Source: Phycisphaerales bacterium (GTDB lineage: Bacteria; Planctomycetota; Phycisphaerae; WQYP01). Taken from it: 64,000 nt of DNA. Within the stretch, counting starts at the first letter, position 1. Each line of letters starts with the position of its first letter. The notes beneath the pieces were generated by a model. The model was given only the letters and a program-made list of their open reading frames with translations. It made no database searches and was not told the origin of the DNA. The DNA lies in the NCBI GenBank assembly GCA_027451365.1, contig DAIDJN010000034.1:1-64000 (forward strand), in the 5' to 3' direction. The position numbers and the translations under genes are program-made. This document shows, in pieces, positions 61,185 to 64,000 of the stretch.

Positions 61185-62195
61185 ATGGCATCTTACATTT
61201 TCAAGCGACTGCTGCTGATGATTCCCACGCTTCTGGGAATGACCTTCATGCTGTTTGTGGTCGTGCGCATGGCACCCGGTTTGTCCACGGGCGGCGGGCA
61301 GTTTGCGGCCGGAACCATCCGTTCGCAGCAGGCACAAAAGGCCGAATCGCTGTTTGTCAAGCGCGAACTGCACATGGTGGACCGCAACGGCAAGCCGATC
61401 GGCCTGGCGAGGCAGTATTTTATATGGATCGATGACCTGATACATGGCAATCTTGGCTATTCAACGCAATACAATCAGCCGGTGATCAACCTCATTGAAC
61501 AGCGGTTACCCGTGACGCTGGCCATCAATTTTCTGTCGATCATCATTGTCTATCTGGTGGCGGTTCCCGGCGGCATGCTGGCGGCGGTTAAGCAGCAGTC
61601 GTTCGCCGATCGCTGCTTCGGCTTTGTCAGTCTGGCGCTCTATTCGCTGCCCATTATATGGGTGGGATCCATGATGCTGGGCCTGCTGGCCAATCCGCAG
61701 AAACTCAACTGGTTTCCGTCCGCGGGGATTCATTCCACCAACACCTCCAACATGACCTATTTTCAATACGTGTGGGATTACTGCTGGCACATTACCCTGC
61801 CGGTCATCTGCCTGAGCTATGGCAGCTTTGCCTATTTAGCCAAACAGGTGCGGGGGTCGATCCTGGAAAACTACCGGATGGATTATGTCCGCACAGCGCG
61901 GGCCAAGGGGCTGCCGGAATCCGCTGTTCTGCTGCGCCATATTTTGCGAAACAGCTTGTTGCCGCTGGTAACCATTGTGGGCATGACGCTTCCTGGCCTG
62001 CTGGGCGGGTCGGTCATAGTGGAGCAGATATTTTCGATTGATGGCATGGGCAAGCTGGCCTACAGCGCCACGTATGCGCGCGATCTTCCAATGATTCAGA
62101 CAATTTCACTTATCGGCGCGGTGCTGATGCTGATCGCCTATCTGCTGGTGGATATCTGTTATGCGGCCCTGGACCCGCGGGTGTCCTATGCCTGA
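61185..62195 (+). CDS. Peptide ABC transporter permease (OppB/DppB-like)
   Basis: YIFKRLL, DYVRTARAKGL and DPRV. Confidence 0.93.
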   Translation: MASYIFKRLLLMIPTLLGMTFMLFVVVRMAPGLSTGGGQFAAGTIRSQQAQKAESLFVKRELHMVDRNGKPIGLARQYFIWIDDLIHGNLGYSTQYNQPVINLIEQRLPVTLAINFLSIIIVYLVAVPGGMLAAVKQQSFADRCFGFVSLALYSLPIIWVGSMMLGLLANPQKLNWFPSAGIHSTNTSNMTYFQYVWDYCWHITLPVICLSYGSFAYLAKQVRGSILENYRMDYVRTARAKGLPESAVLLRHILRNSLLPLVTIVGMTLPGLLGGSVIVEQIFSIDGMGKLAYSATYARDLPMIQTISLIGAVLMLIAYLLVDICYAALDPRVSYA

Positions 62196-63435
62196 TACAA
62201 CAGCCGTACCGCAACAGGCAAAGGATTCGCCGCAATCCGCGGTCCGCAGCTATTGGCGGGTGGTGCTGGACCGATCCGTGCGACCGCTGCTGGTCAGAGC
62301 TAGCCTGGCCTATATCGCACTGCTGCTATTTCTAGCGGTTTTCGTGCCATTTATCGCCAATGCCCACCCTTATAGCATAATGCTAAAGAATCCGACGGGC
62401 GGCTACTCACACGCCTATCCGCTGTTTGCCGACCTAACCACCACAGATATAAACATGCTTCTGGCCGGCGCGGGCCTGCTTGTCTGCATTTCCATGCGTC
62501 TGCTGATTCCACCTTCGGCGGCTAATGGGACGCGAAACTGGCGGCGAACAGGCATTCTATGGACCATCGGCCTGACACTGACGGGCTGCCTGGCGGTGAC
62601 TTATCTCCACCATAATTTTCTGGACAGTCGGGATTACCGGCAGCTTCTGCGGACCGGTCAGGCCAAAGCCGCGATCATGGCTCCGATCCCCTGGGGATAT
62701 GCCACTATGGAACCGTTGGAAAAGGACCTTGTGAACAAGCGCCCGATGCCGGGGCACCTGCTGGGCACCGACGGACTGGGGCGCGATGAACTTGCCCGTC
62801 TGCTCTGGTCGGCGCGTGTGGCAATGGGCATTGGATTCATCAGCCAATTTATTGCGCTGGCAATTGGCATTCTGGTAGGTGCGATCATGGGCTATTTTTC
62901 CGGCGTGATGGACATTCTGGGTATGCGACTGGTCGAAATTGTGGAATCCGTTCCGACATTCTTTCTGATTCTCACATTTGTCGCGACCTTTGGCCGAAGC
63001 ATTACACTGATCATGATCATTCTTGGAATTACCGGTTGGACGGGTTACGCGCGCCTGCTGCGCGGAGAATTTTTTCGCATTCGCAGCCTGGATTATGTCA
63101 CCGCGGCGCATGCTTCCGGCGCGCCACTCTGGCGGATTCTGTTCCGGCATATGCTGCCCAACGGACTTACGCCCGTACTGGTATCCGCAAGTTTTGGCTT
63201 GGCTGGCGCGGTGACCATCGAATCCAGCCTCAGCTATCTTGGTGTGGGTGTGCGTCCGCCCACGCCATCGTGGGGACAGATGCTCAATGCCGCCGGAAAT
63301 CCAGCCACCGTGTTCCGCTGGTGGCAGGCACTTGGACCGGGGATGGCGCTTTTTCTGGCGGTACTGGCTTTCAATCTGGCCGGGGAGTCATTCCGTGATG
63401 CCATAGACCCGCGTAATCTTGCAAAGGAAAACTGA
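62188..63435 (+). CDS. Peptide ABC transporter permease (OppC/DppC-like) with extra N-terminal TM segments
   Basis: [16 protein letters not shown] and RDAIDPR. Confidence 0.92.
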   Translation: MPDTTAVPQQAKDSPQSAVRSYWRVVLDRSVRPLLVRASLAYIALLLFLAVFVPFIANAHPYSIMLKNPTGGYSHAYPLFADLTTTDINMLLAGAGLLVCISMRLLIPPSAANGTRNWRRTGILWTIGLTLTGCLAVTYLHHNFLDSRDYRQLLRTGQAKAAIMAPIPWGYATMEPLEKDLVNKRPMPGHLLGTDGLGRDELARLLWSARVAMGIGFISQFIALAIGILVGAIMGYFSGVMDILGMRLVEIVESVPTFFLILTFVATFGRSITLIMIILGITGWTGYARLLRGEFFRIRSLDYVTAAHASGAPLWRILFRHMLPNGLTPVLVSASFGLAGAVTIESSLSYLGVGVRPPTPSWGQMLNAAGNPATVFRWWQALGPGMALFLAVLAFNLAGESFRDAIDPRNLAKEN

Positions 63436-64000
63436 TGTCAACGGAAATTCAAGCCCAAGGCGTTCCGCTGCTGGAGGTGCGCAATCTTCGCACTGAATTC
63501 CGTGCTGCAAATGGGCCGCCGATTCCCGCAGTGGATGGCGTTTCCTTTTGCATTTACCCGGGACAGACGATGGCTCTGGTGGGGGAATCCGGATGCGGCA
63601 AAAGTGTTTCCGCCATGTCAATTCTTCGCCTGGTTCCTGAGCCGCCTGGGAAAATCACAGCGGGCGAAATTATATTTGACGGCCATGACCTGTTGAAACT
63701 GCCGGAAAAGCGAATGCGGCAGATCCGCGGCGGACGCATTGCCATGATTTTTCAGGAGCCGATGACCTCGCTGAATCCTGTTTTCACCATTGGTGACCAG
63801 ATTATGGAAGCCATAGATCTGCACCAGAAGGTTTCGGTTCGGGACGCATTGGACTTGGCCGTGGATTCGCTTAAGCGTGTGGGAGTTGCGGACCCGGCGC
63901 GGCGGCTGCGGGAATTTCCGCATCAAATGTCCGGCGGCATGAAACAGCGCATCATGATAGCCATGGCGCTGGCCTGCAAGCCGGACCTGCTGATTGCCGA
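63435..64000 (+). CDS. Peptide ABC transporter ATP-binding subunit (OppD/DppD-like), runs off the right edge
   Basis: Manual translation: [26 protein letters not shown] and [11 protein letters not shown]. Confidence 0.95.
   Translation, partial: MSTEIQAQGVPLLEVRNLRTEFRAANGPPIPAVDGVSFCIYPGQTMALVGESGCGKSVSAMSILRLVPEPPGKITAGEIIFDGHDLLKLPEKRMRQIRGGRIAMIFQEPMTSLNPVFTIGDQIMEAIDLHQKVSVRDALDLAVDSLKRVGVADPARRLREFPHQMSGGMKQRIMIAMALACKPDLLIA

Overview
A 64-kb GC-rich bacterial chromosome segment, most likely from a Planctomycetota (Phycisphaerae-like) organism. This is inferred from a prepilin-type DUF1559-like protein, PEP-CTERM proteins and an unlinked gatA. The core backbone carries a heme-PAS kinase/NarL pair, fliW-csrA, rpmF-plsX-fabHDG-acpP-fabF, hisD, an NtrC-type regulator, an ECF sigma/anti-sigma pair, a DUF2892-RND efflux operon, cdaA-cdaR, gatA, lysC and an opp/dpp ABC operon. 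Two accessory zones stand out. (1) The first 3 kb: a secreted beta-propeller gene with a G10 tract in its promoter spacer and in-frame palindromic repeats, followed by a repeat-rich gene-free stretch. (2) A ~19-kb CTAG-rich, mixed-orientation polysaccharide island between gatA and a 5'-truncated GT2 gene. It encodes Wzx/Wzy, six glycosyltransferases, acetyl-, methyl- and sulfotransferases, two beta-helix proteins and two PEP-CTERM-type sorted proteins. All three sorting-signal genes in the window have a GCCTGCG...CGCAGGC inverted repeat upstream. A decayed ISKra4-like transposase lies downstream of csrA. No rRNA, tRNA or CRISPR array was recognised. All calls are by eye, without database searches.
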